Positions 49,456 through 62,369 are shown, counted from the stretch's first letter. The stretch is 64,000 bases of DNA from Hydrolagus affinis (GCA_012026655.1 JAAILG010001325.1:1-64000), one strand, 5' to 3'. The notes: a model not told the origin generated them from the letters alone. Made by a program: numbers and translations.

Positions 49456-50185
49456 CCAACTGTTATTGAGTCAAGGCAGCGTCGACCTTTTTGAGACACA
49501 GTCGAAACACACAAACGTTTCCGACGCGCTCAATATTCTGCCTGTTTGGGACCCAGTAACTTGCTGAATTAGAAGCTGATGATGGCGAGGAGTCATTCTT
49601 ACATTTAACATTGCTACAATATAAATGCTAATTTGCTCTGAATTAGTTTCTTTGGCTAAACAGAAGGCAAGAAGCGTTGTCATTAGGTGCTGACTCGCAG
49701 CAGCTTTGCAAACAAATTGGTCCGTTCATTGCTGTGGGATTTCTCCGGGAAAGTTAATTTGGAAACAAAACTCTAGGCATAAGCTTTCCAATTACCAATT
49801 CAATTTCCACCAAGGGTTTTACGGCGAATTTATAAGAATAGCTCAGAGTATTAGATGCGTCCTTTCTCTTCTCTGAGTGCACCTGACTCGCACAAATAAA
49901 ATCTTTCAGTCTCCAAGCTATCAAAAATCCAATCTTCGCAACATTACCTTCAGAAATTGCAATATTTTACAGTAAATTATAATGTTTTCAGGTTTTATCT
50001 GGAATGTCGTTTTATTATCATACCATAAAAATTTAATTTTGCCATAAAACAAAAGTGTTGCTATTTTGTAGCATAACATTTCTCAGTGTCACCAGGCTGT
50101 GCCTTGTTGTTGCACTGATCATCTTTCCAGAGATCTCTGGACTGTCACTAGATTCACGCTGACAGCAACACAGCGACCGCAATAT

Positions 50186-50430
50186 AACAACAACAACAAG
50201 ATTACATTTGTATACACTGTAAAGTGAATTGATTATATATTTGTGGGCGAAACACGGCAGCCAATTGCACACAACAGTGTCTCACAAACAGTTGTGGATT
50301 GAAACGATCAATTTATTATTGTTTTTTTGAGCGATTATTATTAGATGTGTGGTATATAAAGGAAACTTGCCCAAGGTTTGACCTTGCTGGGAATTGTAAG
50401 GCGAATGCTCTAACCACTGAGCTGCAGGAC
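50186..50430 (-). mobile_element. SINE ending in an L2-type (TTG)n tail
   Basis: The head (ctctaaccactgagctgcagga) and body are SINE, but the 3' end reads acaacaacaacaagattacatttgtata. Confidence 0.8.
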
Positions 50431-51100
50431 TTATGCTATGCGAAAGAAGACCAAAGTCAATCCAGTTCGCCTTCCACCCCATTGCTGGTCGCTTGACATG
50501 TCTTGTTTTAAACTATAAACTGTATCCCAAGGTATTCTTTTCTAACAGAAATCTATCTAAATTGTTCTTGAAACAAACAACATGCTCTGCTTCCACCTTC
50601 TCCCCTAGGGAGCCTGTTCCATACGTTTACTATTCACTCCCTGAAGTAGTAGAATTGTTCTGAATTTACCACCCTTTGATTTCAGAGGCTGGGTTAGGGC
50701 TGGGGTGCCGGGTTGCAGGCGTTGATCAAGTCAAAATGTCCCCCAGTTCGAGTTAGTCTCTGCAGAACCATTCCTCCTCCACACCCCCACCCTCACCCAC
50801 CCCCATCCATCCAGTATGCGTTTGTGTCTATGAAACTGTTCCCCTGGCATTAGTCAGTGAATGATGCTTACTTGTCGGGATGTGGTTAACTGAGAACTCA
50901 TTTACAGGCACATTTCTTCACACACTATCGGTTCCTTTAATACATCTGGATCAATACTTTGTTGCTTAATCAGCTCAATAGGAGACTAGAATTCCTACAA
51001 GTAAGAGGAGAGGAAGAGTGTATGGACAGAGCTGAGTGTTTCATGACATGTAACTCAAACTGAAACGCTCTTACCTTTTACATCAGTTTGGCATCAGTAC

Positions 51101-51242
51101 CTAGACACCCAATGTACACACAGTTCTAGATGTTCAGTGTGCACCTAATGTTCTGGATTGCCAATAGTTTGCAACATACTGGCAATCCAGAACATTAGGT
51201 CCACACTGAACATCTAGAACTGTGTGTACATTGGGTGTCTAG
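51101..51242. repeat. Foldback inverted repeat: 63-bp arms, one mismatch, 16-nt spacer
   Basis: 51101-51163 is the reverse complement of 51180-51242 except for one base (expected ggtgcacac, observed ggtccacac). Confidence 0.97.
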
Positions 51243-52909
51243 AACATTTTGTGGACCTGCTAAGGTCTGGAACACAAATGGATATGTGGTGGATCTAGAA
51301 CACAGAGAATGCATCCTGTATCTAGAACATCTATATACTGATATATCTTGAACATCATGAACTCCTAGAGCCATATGTTTTACCCACACAGTCAATTCAC
51401 TTTATGGTGTGTCCTGCGAGACGTTTTGAGACATCTCCTCGACATTATAAGGCGCTGTATCAAACGCAGGGATGATTATGATAATTTGTGATAGATCTGA
51501 AACATTTGGACCATATTTAGAAGACTGAGAATGTACCGTGTTCGACGCCTGTATAATCATCGGCTTTTTTCCCCCAGCCACCAGCTCTGTGTACATAAGG
51601 AGCTCCTATTTACAGCCGAGGATCCGGTAACTATGGAGCGTGTTTAAAGAGAGCACGGTCTGAAAATAACATTGTGTTAGTGTTTATTGGACTTTCCCAT
51701 CTGAAGTCATCCATTCTGGAAATACCAGACAGATGGAAAATGTGTAAAACATAATATCCGGACAAAAGCTAAATATCTCGACACATGTGGTATATGAATT
51801 GGGGGGGTGGGAGGTGGGTGGGGGAGAAGTGGGACGGAAGGCATTCACACTCACAACCTTTATGGTCTTGGGGTACTATCGCAAGCCAAGAAAGTAATAT
51901 TAATAATAATCCTGATATAGCACCTTATCACATCTTCGAGATGTCTCAAAGTGCTTCACTGTGAAGTGAGTTGACTGTATATTTTGAGGACGAAACATCT
52001 ACAAAAAAATAATTAAAGGGGCAAGGCTCCTGCTGTGAGCTCACTTGCTGGAAGATGGGTGTGGGTGTTTGTGTGTGTGTGAGTGTGTGCATGTATGTAG
52101 ACAGGATGTACTTGGCTGTGCTGTGCTCGCCCCCATAGTCACAAAGCTTCACGACCCTCACTGCCTACAGTAGTCCTCAACACAACACTTCTCAGTAACT
52201 GGAACACCTGGCCAGCAGCTGAAGGCTAAAGACTCTTTGAGTGTTTATATTTTTCCAGCACGGAGCTCTGCCCCTCAGCCTGTCTCCCCTTACACCCCCC
52301 CCCATTCCCACCCCCAACCCAACTACCATCACACTGCTAGCCCCTCACCCACCTCCTGCTTGTGGACTGATGGGAGTACCAGGCTTTGAATTGATTGGAG
52401 AGCCCCCAGTGAGACACCAAATAGACAGGCCCATCCGCTCTAACATCGCTGCGCTCGTCGGAAAAGATCTCTAAGTGGTTTAGAAAGAGAAAGAGAGAGA
52501 AACCATTGAAAACAGGTCGCTTTTGTCCAGCCCTCTCCACACACATCAATACAGGAGCCCCATTCACCTCACCGCAGGGTTATTAGGGAAAACACTGAAA
52601 ACCTAATGGAGGAGGCTCCTTTATTCGGGAGAGAAATGCAATTAAGATGGAATTATAATAAAGGTATTTAGCAATGTGCTGCCAGTACATTTCTTTCAAT
52701 CCTCTCTTCACCTCCCTCAAGCTTCTGAAGTAGCGAGCCTTAGCTCCAGCTTTGGTCGGCTTGAAGCTGATGCAAGCTTCTCCACTGCAAGCGAAGGGAA
52801 TTAAAGGTTTGCAGTAAGTGTTCTCCATGCTGTTTGATATCGGAGCAGCGGGCCGGACCGACGTACAGGGCGTGCTCTGAAGTGAGGTGACGGAGCTGAG
52901 ATAATACTA

Positions 52910-53186
52910 ACAATAATAATAATCATCCTTCGACTTGATATAGCGCTTTATCACTAGACGTCTCAAAGTACTTCACAGAATATGCTGTAAATTGAATTAG
53001 ATGTATATTAGTGGGCGAAATGCTGCAGCCAATTGCGCACATCAGTGTCCCACAAACAGTCATGGATTGAAATAACCATTTTTATTAGATTTTATTTTTA
53101 TTTTGAGGGATTGTTAAAAGGCTTGTGGAGTAAGGAGACTTGCCCAAGATTTCTCCCTGCCTGGATTCTAACCACTGAGCTACAGG
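52910..53186 (-). mobile_element. SINE with a deletion in the head
   Basis: Tail, body and ctaaccactgagctacagg are present in reverse orientation. Confidence 0.85.
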
Positions 53187-53511
53187 GTAGTGTCCCATTG
53201 GCGAGGGTCACATTGCTAAACTCGTTTGTTAAACTTCCATTGCTGAAAACCTTTCACTCACAAAACACGCAGTCCCTTAAAAAAGATAAAATCCCTTTAT
53301 AATATATTCTGCAAAGTGCTTTGAGGCACTGAATGATGTGATAAATACACGGATTAATATTATTATTACTTTTATAACTATCTTTAAGACGGTCTACCTA
53401 ACACTGTCATTCATGATTAATCATAATAGCAAACCTTGCAATTGACGTAACACCTTAGCACTTCATCGAGATGTCTCAAAGTGCTTCTTGGGACACACTG
53501 TAAAATGGTAA

Positions 53512-53542
<31 letters not shown>

Positions 53543-54159
53543 TGTATTTATTTTATTACAATAGTAGTCCTCACATGTGATATTTACCTTTCACCGGGAG
53601 GACTCTCAAACTGATTCACAGGATTAACTGTGGAGTACAGCAACTGTGTATTTCGCAGCAGCTAATATGCACTCCGCAAAGCCCCACAAACACTTCAGCT
53701 ATGAAGTGAGTGACCAATTTCACCTCCAGGGATTGTTGGCCTGGACAGCAAAAGAAATCCTCTTCTCATTGAGCCACAGCGGAGCTGTCCTCTGTGTCTG
53801 CACGGAGTCAGCTTAGCCCCTGCGAGATGGCGTTTGTGTACCTGATGAAGTCATCAGTAACGATTAGTACCAAACTGGGTTCACCTTCTCCTCTTGTGTC
53901 AGACCAAACCAGTGAGTGATGTGTGATACACCACTCCCAAATCTGTTTAATCCTCAGACTCTCAATAAATAGAATCCATGGCCGCTAAACATTGGTGTGT
54001 AAGAGTTGGAATAAATAAGAAAATCTATTTCCTGTCAACGTCAATGTACTGTATATATATCCCCTTACTTGTTAAACAGAAAGCGTTGCCTTTCATCTCC
54101 GTGACTCTAGCCAGATGTGGGGAAAGTTCCTGTGTGAAGTCAGGGCCAGTCCTAGCACA

Positions 54160-54372
54160 ATACCCTCATCACCTCATCGAGATATCTCAAAGCACTTCAT
54201 GACTGTATATTTTGTGGGCGAAATGCGGCAGCCAAATGCCCATGGCAGTGTCCCCAAAAACAGTCATGGTTTGAACTGACCAATTGATTATTGTTTATTT
54301 TTGGAAGGATTATTAGTGTAGCGAAAGGAAACTTGCCCAAGGTTTCACCCTGCCTGGAATTGAACCCAGGTC
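54160..54372 (-). mobile_element. SINE fragment
   Basis: ggaaacttgcccaaggtttcaccctgcctggaattgaacccaggtc plus the body. Confidence 0.8.
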
Positions 54373-54630
54373 ACTAGAAATATCACACTGAATTTAGGGT
54401 CAAGCCTGGATGGTACAGCTTTACTCTGTTTCTAACCTGTGGTCTGGTTAACCTGGGACTCTCCTTGTTGAACTCCCTCAATAGGTGAAATCCAGAGCCA
54501 AATACAATAAGAGGCAGAGGCAGCAGGCAGCGAGCCAAAGACTGGAGAGAGGGAGAGGGCAGGTAGGGCAGTGATCAGATCTTGTTACAATACATTCCAG
54601 GTTTCAACCTGAGATTCCTGCCATATTTGT

Positions 54631-54915
54631 GAAGTCCTGTAGCTCAGTAGTTAGAGCACTCGCTTTGCAAGCGAGAGACCTGGGTTCGATTCAAGGCAGG
54701 GCAAACCGTTGGGCAGGTTTCCTTGCTCCATTCGCCTGATAATAATCCCTCAAAAATTGTTTTAACAAATTGGTCATTTCAATCCACGGCTGTTTGTGGG
54801 ACGCTGCCGCGTTTACATTCAATTTGCTTTACAGTATATTCTGTGAAGCACTTTGAGATGTCCAGCAGCCGTGAAAAGTGCTACATTAAATGCAAGGATT
54901 ATTATTATTATTATT
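54631..54915 (+). mobile_element. Full-length SINE with a small internal deletion
   Basis: A box tagctcagtag, B box ggttcgattc and a (TTA)n tail. Confidence 0.9.
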
Positions 54916-55063
54916 CCACACAGGTGCTTTCATGATGGATTATGATGTAATGCTGTCGTTACCAGCAGTCAGTCACTCCTTGTTCAGAGTTTTATCGTGG
55001 GACGGATATAGAATATGGATTACGCATTCCAATCGAGGATCCAGTAACCCTCTCCTCTCCACC

Positions 55064-55163
55064 NNNNNNNNNNNNNNNNNNNNNNNNNNNNNNNNNNNNN
55101 NNNNNNNNNNNNNNNNNNNNNNNNNNNNNNNNNNNNNNNNNNNNNNNNNNNNNNNNNNNNNNN
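55064..55163. other. Assembly gap (100 N)
   Basis: Run of N. Confidence 1.
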
Positions 55164-55729
55164 AATTACAGAGTTGATTCTGTTAAGTACAGTAAACCTA
55201 ACACAAGTTGTGTCAGCTGGGACCAAAAGTTTAATATGACTTATGCAAAGTATCAGTTATGTCAAACTCACCTAGATATATACACTCTTGACTGGGATTT
55301 GGACAGATGTACGATTTAGGCGATTATACGATTGTTATGCGAGTTTTACGGTAACCCAGGAGGGAAAAGATAGCAAAATTATTGTAGGATAAGTGACTGT
55401 CATTCCTGCTAAATAAACTCTGTGAGTGACTGAGTCGTGCCATACAAATAACCACGCAGCACTTAACATCATTGACCACAGGGAACGGAAATCAATCAGG
55501 TCACCTCCAGATTGCTTAAGGGACATCTATAAATTTAGCCAGCCCAGGATTACATTTCCTCATCTCTGAGAAGCTCCTGTTACTTAGAACTGTCTCGGTA
55601 TATTTTAGATTGGCTCGTCTCCACGTTGCTGTTTGTCTTTGGTCCTGGACGCTATACAGTATAGGAGTAGGCCATTCGACTCATTCTGTCTTTGCTGATT
55701 AACACATGCCAACCTGCCCTACTCCCTCC

Positions 55730-55941
55730 GCTCAGGACTAGCTCCATGTCCCCAGCCCTGCCCGCCCACTTTCAAGATCCATGTCTCCTCTTCGAACGCG
55801 CCTTCGGTCATCCTCTAACCCCCATCCTCTCTGCCCCTCCTCCAATCCCCAGCTCGGGTGCAAATCCTTTACTGTCCAGCGCTTTAAGAGGTCCTCCCGA
55901 CGTGAGAGGAGCGGTACAAATATAGTTTGTTGTTGTTGTTG
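55730..55941 (+). mobile_element. L2 3' fragment
   Basis: ctcctcttcgaacgcgccttc...agctcgggtgcaaatcctttactgtccagcgct...cctcccgacgtgagaggagcggtacaaat...ttgttgttgttg. Confidence 0.75.
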
Positions 55942-57294
55942 GCCCCTTTATTCCAATGATAACCGAGAAATAAACGGGGGTAAACAACAACAAAATGACA
56001 CGTACACGTCAGGAGTAAACATGTGATGCACAGAGCGGAGTACAGGCACCATCACCTCAGTGGGTTCAAACAAATTAATCTACACTTTACAAATGACTCT
56101 GAGCTGGGCCAGAGGCAGTGGGGAGAGAAAAGGTTGGAACTGTGTGTTGATGGAATCAAAAGCTCAGGTATCAGACAGGTGTATTGGCAGCACCTCTCCA
56201 TTTTTTGCACCGCTGTGCGTGTAAATGTGATTACTTTTGCAGCACTATGTTCATTACCCGGCTCCGAGCTCACCCCTAATGCTACAAAACAAGAAACATT
56301 ACGGTTTTAATTAGTTTTTGTTCCACTCTCGCGCGTCTCACAGTCTCCTTGGGACAAGACAAAAGAAGCTGTATTAATTAAACGAGCCCATTACATTTTC
56401 CCTTCTTATTCCAACAGACTGGTTTTTAGTGCATTAAAAGATTCAATTTGATTGTAATTCATTTAAAATGCAAATATCTATTTAGTGAGTTAACCCAAGT
56501 TTCAGCATGGCCCCTAGAATTCCCACCGCCCAGTGGTGGCTTTGAAGTACTGTTGCACACGCTTGCCCCCAATTTAGATTTAATATACAGCACTTGCATT
56601 TCATACAATACCTTATCACTTCACCACGCCCCAAAGCGCGTGACAGAGTTTCCTGTGAAGTGTAGTGAATATGCGTTTGTAGGTGAACACCTCAACCAAT
56701 TTGTACGCAGTGTTTCTGAGCAATTCCTCAGCATTTCCCAGCTATTCCTGTTTTTGTTGTACGCAGCACTGTTCACTTGCAATGGAAATCCAATGCAATA
56801 ATAATAATTCCTGCATTTGGTATAACTCCCTTATCACATCTTCAAGATGTCTCAAGGCGCTTCAAGGAATAGACTTTAAAGTGAATCGACTGTACATTTT
56901 GCGGGCAGTCACACTTGGTATTAAAATCCTGTAAAGTGTTTTAAGCTGTCTGAACGACATGATAAGCCACTATATCAAACGCAAGGATTATTATTATTTA
57001 TTAGTCTTATTATTTTCTAAGGCGAGATTCATGTAAGGCAGCCAGTATAGCTGAAGAAGAAAATGTGTTTCTTGTGAAATCAAGCACTCTAAATCATTCA
57101 TCACGAATCCTTGTCATCTCGTAATTAAATATACATCAAAACTCACCAAAACACATTCGAGTCACCCTGGGATCATGTCTGAGGATGGCGCTGGTTGAGT
57201 GTAATACAAAGCGGGAGCATGCCCTACGTTCAGGGTCCCAGTCAGTGTGATTCTGACTCTCATTATAATCCTGAAACATTAATGATGCCCTGTG

Positions 57295-57309
57295 CTGTGT
57301 GTATATGTG

Positions 57310-57349
<40 letters not shown>

Positions 57350-57350
57350 C
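57295..57350. repeat. Interrupted (GT)n microsatellite
   Basis: Direct reading. Another (GT)n run lies at 53512-53538. Confidence 0.9.
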
Positions 57351-58354
57351 ACGCGCAAGTTAATGCATGTTAGCTTTTGTCCATGTGTTTTTTTTATTGG
57401 TGAGCGAGATAAGGACTTCTCACCCCAATTAACTGAATTAGACTGAATATAGGGAAAGAGGGTTGTCTCCTTGTCTCAAACCCCCTCTCTCCCCCCCCCC
57501 CACCACCCCACCCCAACCCTTCCAGGCCCCAAATTGTAAAGGACAATGTGAACCTATGGCAGACAATGAGGTATTGTTAGAGGCAACGCTGTACAGGACA
57601 GTAATCCTAGCTCTCTGGCTGTGGCTAACCTGGCTTTCAGGATAGAACCCAATTTGAACTTGTAAAGTACTAAGACCCGCTGGTTCCCCCTGCCCCACCT
57701 CACCCCTTGGTGCCTCTGAATTGCTTCTCTTTAAATCCCAGGCTCAGCCTCCTGTTGCTCTTCTGCTCACGCTCTCTCCAATCAATGTTGTTTCGAAGGG
57801 GTGAAAAGTCACGCTTCTGACTTTTCCAGTGAAACCGCAACTTTCAGTTCTCGGGTGAAATTCCAGTCTATCCTGTCTGGCTTTCAGAGGGTTAAAAGGT
57901 TTTAAGGAATACTCCCAAGAACCATTCATTTAGCAAAGTCACAAACTTGGTTCATGTTGAGATCTTCTGTTTCACTTTCTCTGTCGCTCATAAACTCTGA
58001 ACAGAGATAGTCATAAAACTCCTTGCATGTTATACAGTGCCTCTAACACTAAAATGTCTCGAAGCTCTGTGTTTATTTTTGGAATAAATGTCTCTCTTGT
58101 TCTAAGTATGCAGATTCCTAACTCCAGCAAAGCATTTTTTGGACATCAAAGAAAGGTTATTATCGTTGTTTTGGTTTTTTTTTGGACCTCACAGTGTGTG
58201 AGCTGAAACTAGGTTACAAAAACAGTCAGCCCTAGGAGACCTGCACTCTCTCTGGAACTATCATCAGTCCAGCAGTTAAACTCTGAAACCATTATCACTT
58301 CCTGATTTCCTGAATATCCAAATTCAATACATTGGTGGCACCATCATAAAGCTA

Positions 58355-58520
58355 ACTCCATGGCTATTTGTGGGACATTACTGTGTGCAACTGGCTGCCT
58401 TATTCACCCACAAAATATACAGTCACTCTACTTTACAGTATATCCTGTGAAGTGCTTTGAGACATCTCGTCGACATGATAAGGCAGGCGCTATATCAAAT
58501 GCAAGGATTGTTGTTATTAA
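58355..58520 (+). mobile_element. SINE 3' part
   Basis: Family body and tail. Confidence 0.82.
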
Positions 58521-58884
58521 TTATAACATCTAGGAAACTCAAGCTGTTGCAGATGCAATTTTTTTGCTAACTGATTGTACAGTGGTAAAGTAAATTCACT
58601 GTTAGAAATCCATTTGAATCGAGCACTGTGGGATTAGCACTCACATTCTGTCCAAGATAGCCTTAAACAGCTAATAGATCCCGTTGGAAATGTAGGTAGT
58701 AAAATGATCTCGCCACTTAGGCTGTTAGTTTAATCTGCGAGGTTTCAAATGCATTTGTCTGAATTCATTTACGTCCTGAAAGCATTTTATTCCCATCCGT
58801 TCGCGTATCTCCGGAGCGCCTTCCTGGGAATGCTGGGAAAAGCAGCACTGGAATCACGCAGGTTACAGCGGAAGATAGATTATA

Positions 58885-59025
58885 CAGATAGATATTTGTT
58901 AAGTCAAGGTGTCAAAGGATATGGGACAAGGGTAGGCAATTGGAATTGAGGTAAAGATCATCCATGATCTCATAGAACGGCAGAACAGGCTTGCGGGGCT
59001 GAATGGCCTACACCTGTTCCTATGT
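58885..59025 (+). mobile_element. CR1 3' end
   Basis: gatagatatttg...aaaggatatgggacaagggtaggc...gatcatccatgatctcatagaacggcagaacaggcttgcggggctgaatggcctacacctgttcctatgt. Confidence 0.82.
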
Positions 59026-59074
59026 TTACGAAGGAAACAAGGGAGGGAGCGAAACGAAGGGTCTTCGCTTTACT

Positions 59075-59331
59075 GGGTCTGACCTCCTCGTCCCCCGAAT
59101 CCTCCGCTCCACCATCGACGACCGTGCCTTCACGCCACTACGCCCTGAGGCCCTGAAACTCCCTTCCTCACTCTTCCTATTTTCAGATCTCAGCTAAAGA
59201 CCTTTTCGACTGTGCTTTAGGTCACTTTTTTTCCCCTCCTCTGGCTCGGCCTTGGGAGCCATTTTTGTGAAGCCCTCTGCAACACTGCCCGGCTTGGAGG
59301 GTGCGCTATATAAATCCAAGTTGTTGTTGTT
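59075..59331 (+). mobile_element. L2 3' end
   Basis: Translates as GSDLLVPRILRSTIDDRAF and ends in gcgctatataaatccaagttgttgttgttg. An inverted L2 piece follows at ~59336-59450. Confidence 0.78.
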
Positions 59332-60032
59332 GAAGGGACTGTGGGATGGAATTCCAAAGGGTGGAGTAGACAGGCTGAAGGCCTGACTGCTGGGGATGGG
59401 ATGGGATGGGCCAGGCGGGGGGAGAGGCTTCTGGATGGAGAGGAGAAGACAAGTCAACATAGAGTTAGAAGGTCACACAGATAGGGAGGATCAAGGCTGT
59501 GTTTCATTCAGTTCCTGGTCTGCAAACAAGCACCAGCAGAAAACTAGAAATGGCTGCCATCAATTAGTGTGTGAAGCTCAGACCCTCCACCACAGTAAGT
59601 AGCAACAGCCCCACCCTCGATTCTAACCCCATCAGTTAACTTCCCGGGAGAACGTCACTCAACTGTCAGTGTGTTCACCCATTCCCCAGTCACCACCATA
59701 TAATACGAGAAACATTAGCTCATTACAGTGGCACAAAGAGAATGAAAATCAATGCAAACCATTTTTCTTTTGGAAATATAGATTTATTCTGACTTGGTTA
59801 TTGTGGCCTTCCTTGCTATGATTTTAATAATTCATGTGGATATAATTGATGCAACAATTAGGATCTGCAATGAGCTCTGCAAATTAAATTGCATAAGATT
59901 ATTAATTAGCTTCCTCAATTGATTCAAGTTTCTGATGCGTCTTAAGTCCTCAACGATCATGATAGGAGCACGCGAGCATACACCTATATATATCCACATG
60001 CTGTATATAGTCACACACAATGGTATAAACAC

Positions 60033-60348
60033 AACAATAATAATCCTTGCATTTGATATGGCGCTTTTCACGTCTTCTAGCTGTCACAAAGCACTTCCCA
60101 GAAAACACTGTAAAGGGAATTGACTGTATATATGTGAGCGAAAGGCGGCGGCCAATTACACACAGCAGTGTCCCACAAACAGTCGTGGATTGAAATGACC
60201 AATTTTTTTTGGAGGGATTATTATCAGGCGGAGTAAGAAACTTGGAGTAAGAAAACTTGCCCAAGGTTTCGCTTTGATTTACCTGGATTCGAACACAGGT
60301 CTCATGCTTGTAAGGCGAGTGCTCTAACCACTGAGCTACAGGAGCTCC
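60033..60348 (-). mobile_element. Full-length SINE
   Basis: Reverse complement of the head (ggattcgaacacaggtctc...ctaaccactgagctacaggagctcc), body and tail. Confidence 0.93.
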
Positions 60349-60494
60349 GAGTAGATAGATATTTGGGGAGGACACATTTGCAGGGCTATGGAGAGAGCAC
60401 AGGGGGAGTGGAATTCATTTGGACAGCACTTTCAAAGCGAGCTGGCACAGACACTATGGACCGAATGGCCTCCTTCTGTGCTGTACAATGCTAT

Positions 60495-60817
60495 GGAGCT
60501 CCGATAGCTCAGTGGTTAGAGCTTACAAGCGTCTTACAAGCGTGAGACCTGTGTTCGAATCCAGGCAGATCAGGGCAAAACCTTGGGCAAGTTTCCCTAC
60601 TCCACACGCCTAATAATAATCCGTCCAAAAATAATAAAATTGGTCATTTCAATCCACAACTGTTTGTGGGGGACGCTGCTGTGCACAATGGTGCCGCGTT
60701 TCGCCCACAAATACACAGTCAATTCGCTTTACAGTATATTGTGTGAAGCGCTTTGAGACGTCGATAAGATGTGAAAAGCGCTATATCAAATGCAAGGATT
60801 ATTATTATTATATTATT
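60495..60817 (+). mobile_element. Full-length SINE with an 11-bp head duplication
   Basis: ggagctccgatagctcagtggttagag(cttacaagcgt)x2 gagacctgtgttcgaatcc, followed by the body and (TTA)n tail. Confidence 0.93.
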
Positions 60818-60937
60818 GTTAAGATTCTATGGGATTTGAAGCCGGAATTACACCCGAGCACACATTTGCAATGTCATTGAAACTTTTCGTCGGGTTGGTG
60901 CCATGTGATCTCTCCCAGGGTTTTGTTAAACGCAAAC

Positions 60938-61078
60938 CATCTGAACTCTCTCTGATTAGATTCCAACCTGGAAATTGCTCATGGGTATTCATTATTTTAT
61001 ATAAAAAACATCTGAACCCCTTGATTAGATTTCAACCTGCACCTCACTCCTGGGTGTGCATCAGTTTCACATACAAAA
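60938..61078. repeat. Diverged tandem duplication, ~71-bp unit x2
   Basis: catctgaac...tgattagatt(c/t)caacctg...tgggt starts at both 60938 and 61009. Confidence 0.8.
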
Positions 61079-61958
61079 TCGGATTCTTTTGCTTTTAGCT
61101 TAAATATAGCACATACATACACACACATACACAACTGATCTAATTAAAACCACATTGAAGTCAGTGGCCATCCACATGGGTGCAGAGGGGACTAAGGCAG
61201 AACACAAAACACAGCCTCCCCATGAGAACATGCCCTCAGCGTTTCCCAGTCAGACATTCACACGTCCAGAGGTATTGTTCAGAGTTCAGGAACTTGTAGC
61301 CGCTTAATCAGTAGTCGTAGGAACGACTGATATTTTTTTTATCTTCGAGCCCTGGGCAAAGGGCATGTCTTCCGCTGGAGGAACTCTCAAACCCCTGGCA
61401 CGCTGACAGGGCAAACAAGGAGCAAGTCTGACAAACACTCATTTGTCATGGGTTTCCTGAGGCCCCCCTCCCCAATGATGTAATGACAATTAATTTGCCT
61501 TTTAATAAACTTGCTCTGGCTGAGGTCCTCGCTGCCTAAAGTGTTGCTTTAGTAATGTGTGCCACTCAGCCTTTAACAACCTAGCGTTAATCGGCCATCC
61601 TCCTACACTCCCTGCCCTCTACCCTCCCCAATCCTGAACCTCCCCCCACCACCCCCCTACCCCCAGCACGGATCCAGTGCCCTGGGGACATCCTCCTGCC
61701 GTGAAAGCCGTTATACAAATGTCCTTTTTATGTCTATGAGTGTGTATTGGTATTCAGTGCAATGTCCTTATTCTCCCTGAACACTGATTTCACCTTTGCC
61801 ACCTCACCGATTTGATAAACGCTCTATCAATCCTGTTGTTGGAACGTCCCTCGCGCACGCTTGCTGTAAGCTAAGAAGCCGTTTGCAATTGGCACACGCC
61901 TCTCCCATCACGGAGCAGGTAAAGCGCTGCCGCAGCCGGGCACTTTAATACAATGAAG

Positions 61959-62058
61959 NNNNNNNNNNNNNNNNNNNNNNNNNNNNNNNNNNNNNNNNNN
62001 NNNNNNNNNNNNNNNNNNNNNNNNNNNNNNNNNNNNNNNNNNNNNNNNNNNNNNNNNN
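61959..62058. other. Assembly gap (100 N)
   Basis: Run of N abutting a poly-C tract. Confidence 1.
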
Positions 62059-62369
62059 CCCCCCCCCCCCCCCCCACCTTGGATGATGAACAACCCTCCT
62101 ATTTCGTACACAGCGCCCTTCGAGGCCGGAAGACGTCTCAAAGCGCCTCACAGGATTTCACTATCGAGTGTTGTCGCTGCGTATTTTGTAGCCAAACTAC
62201 GCCACGGCATCTGTCTGGCTCTGCTACACAACGCTGTACAGAGAAGGCCATTGACCTTGCACTGATTACACGCTGAAACAATCGAGTGATGCAGCAGGCC
62301 AGTCTTAGACTAAAGAACGAAGGAAGAAGATTATCTGGCTAGATATTTGCCTTGGGTTGCCGTAATGAC

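Noticed and set aside
51186-51372. CRISPR array
   Set aside because: The repeat core is only ~8 bp, the context is vertebrate, and there are no cas genes.
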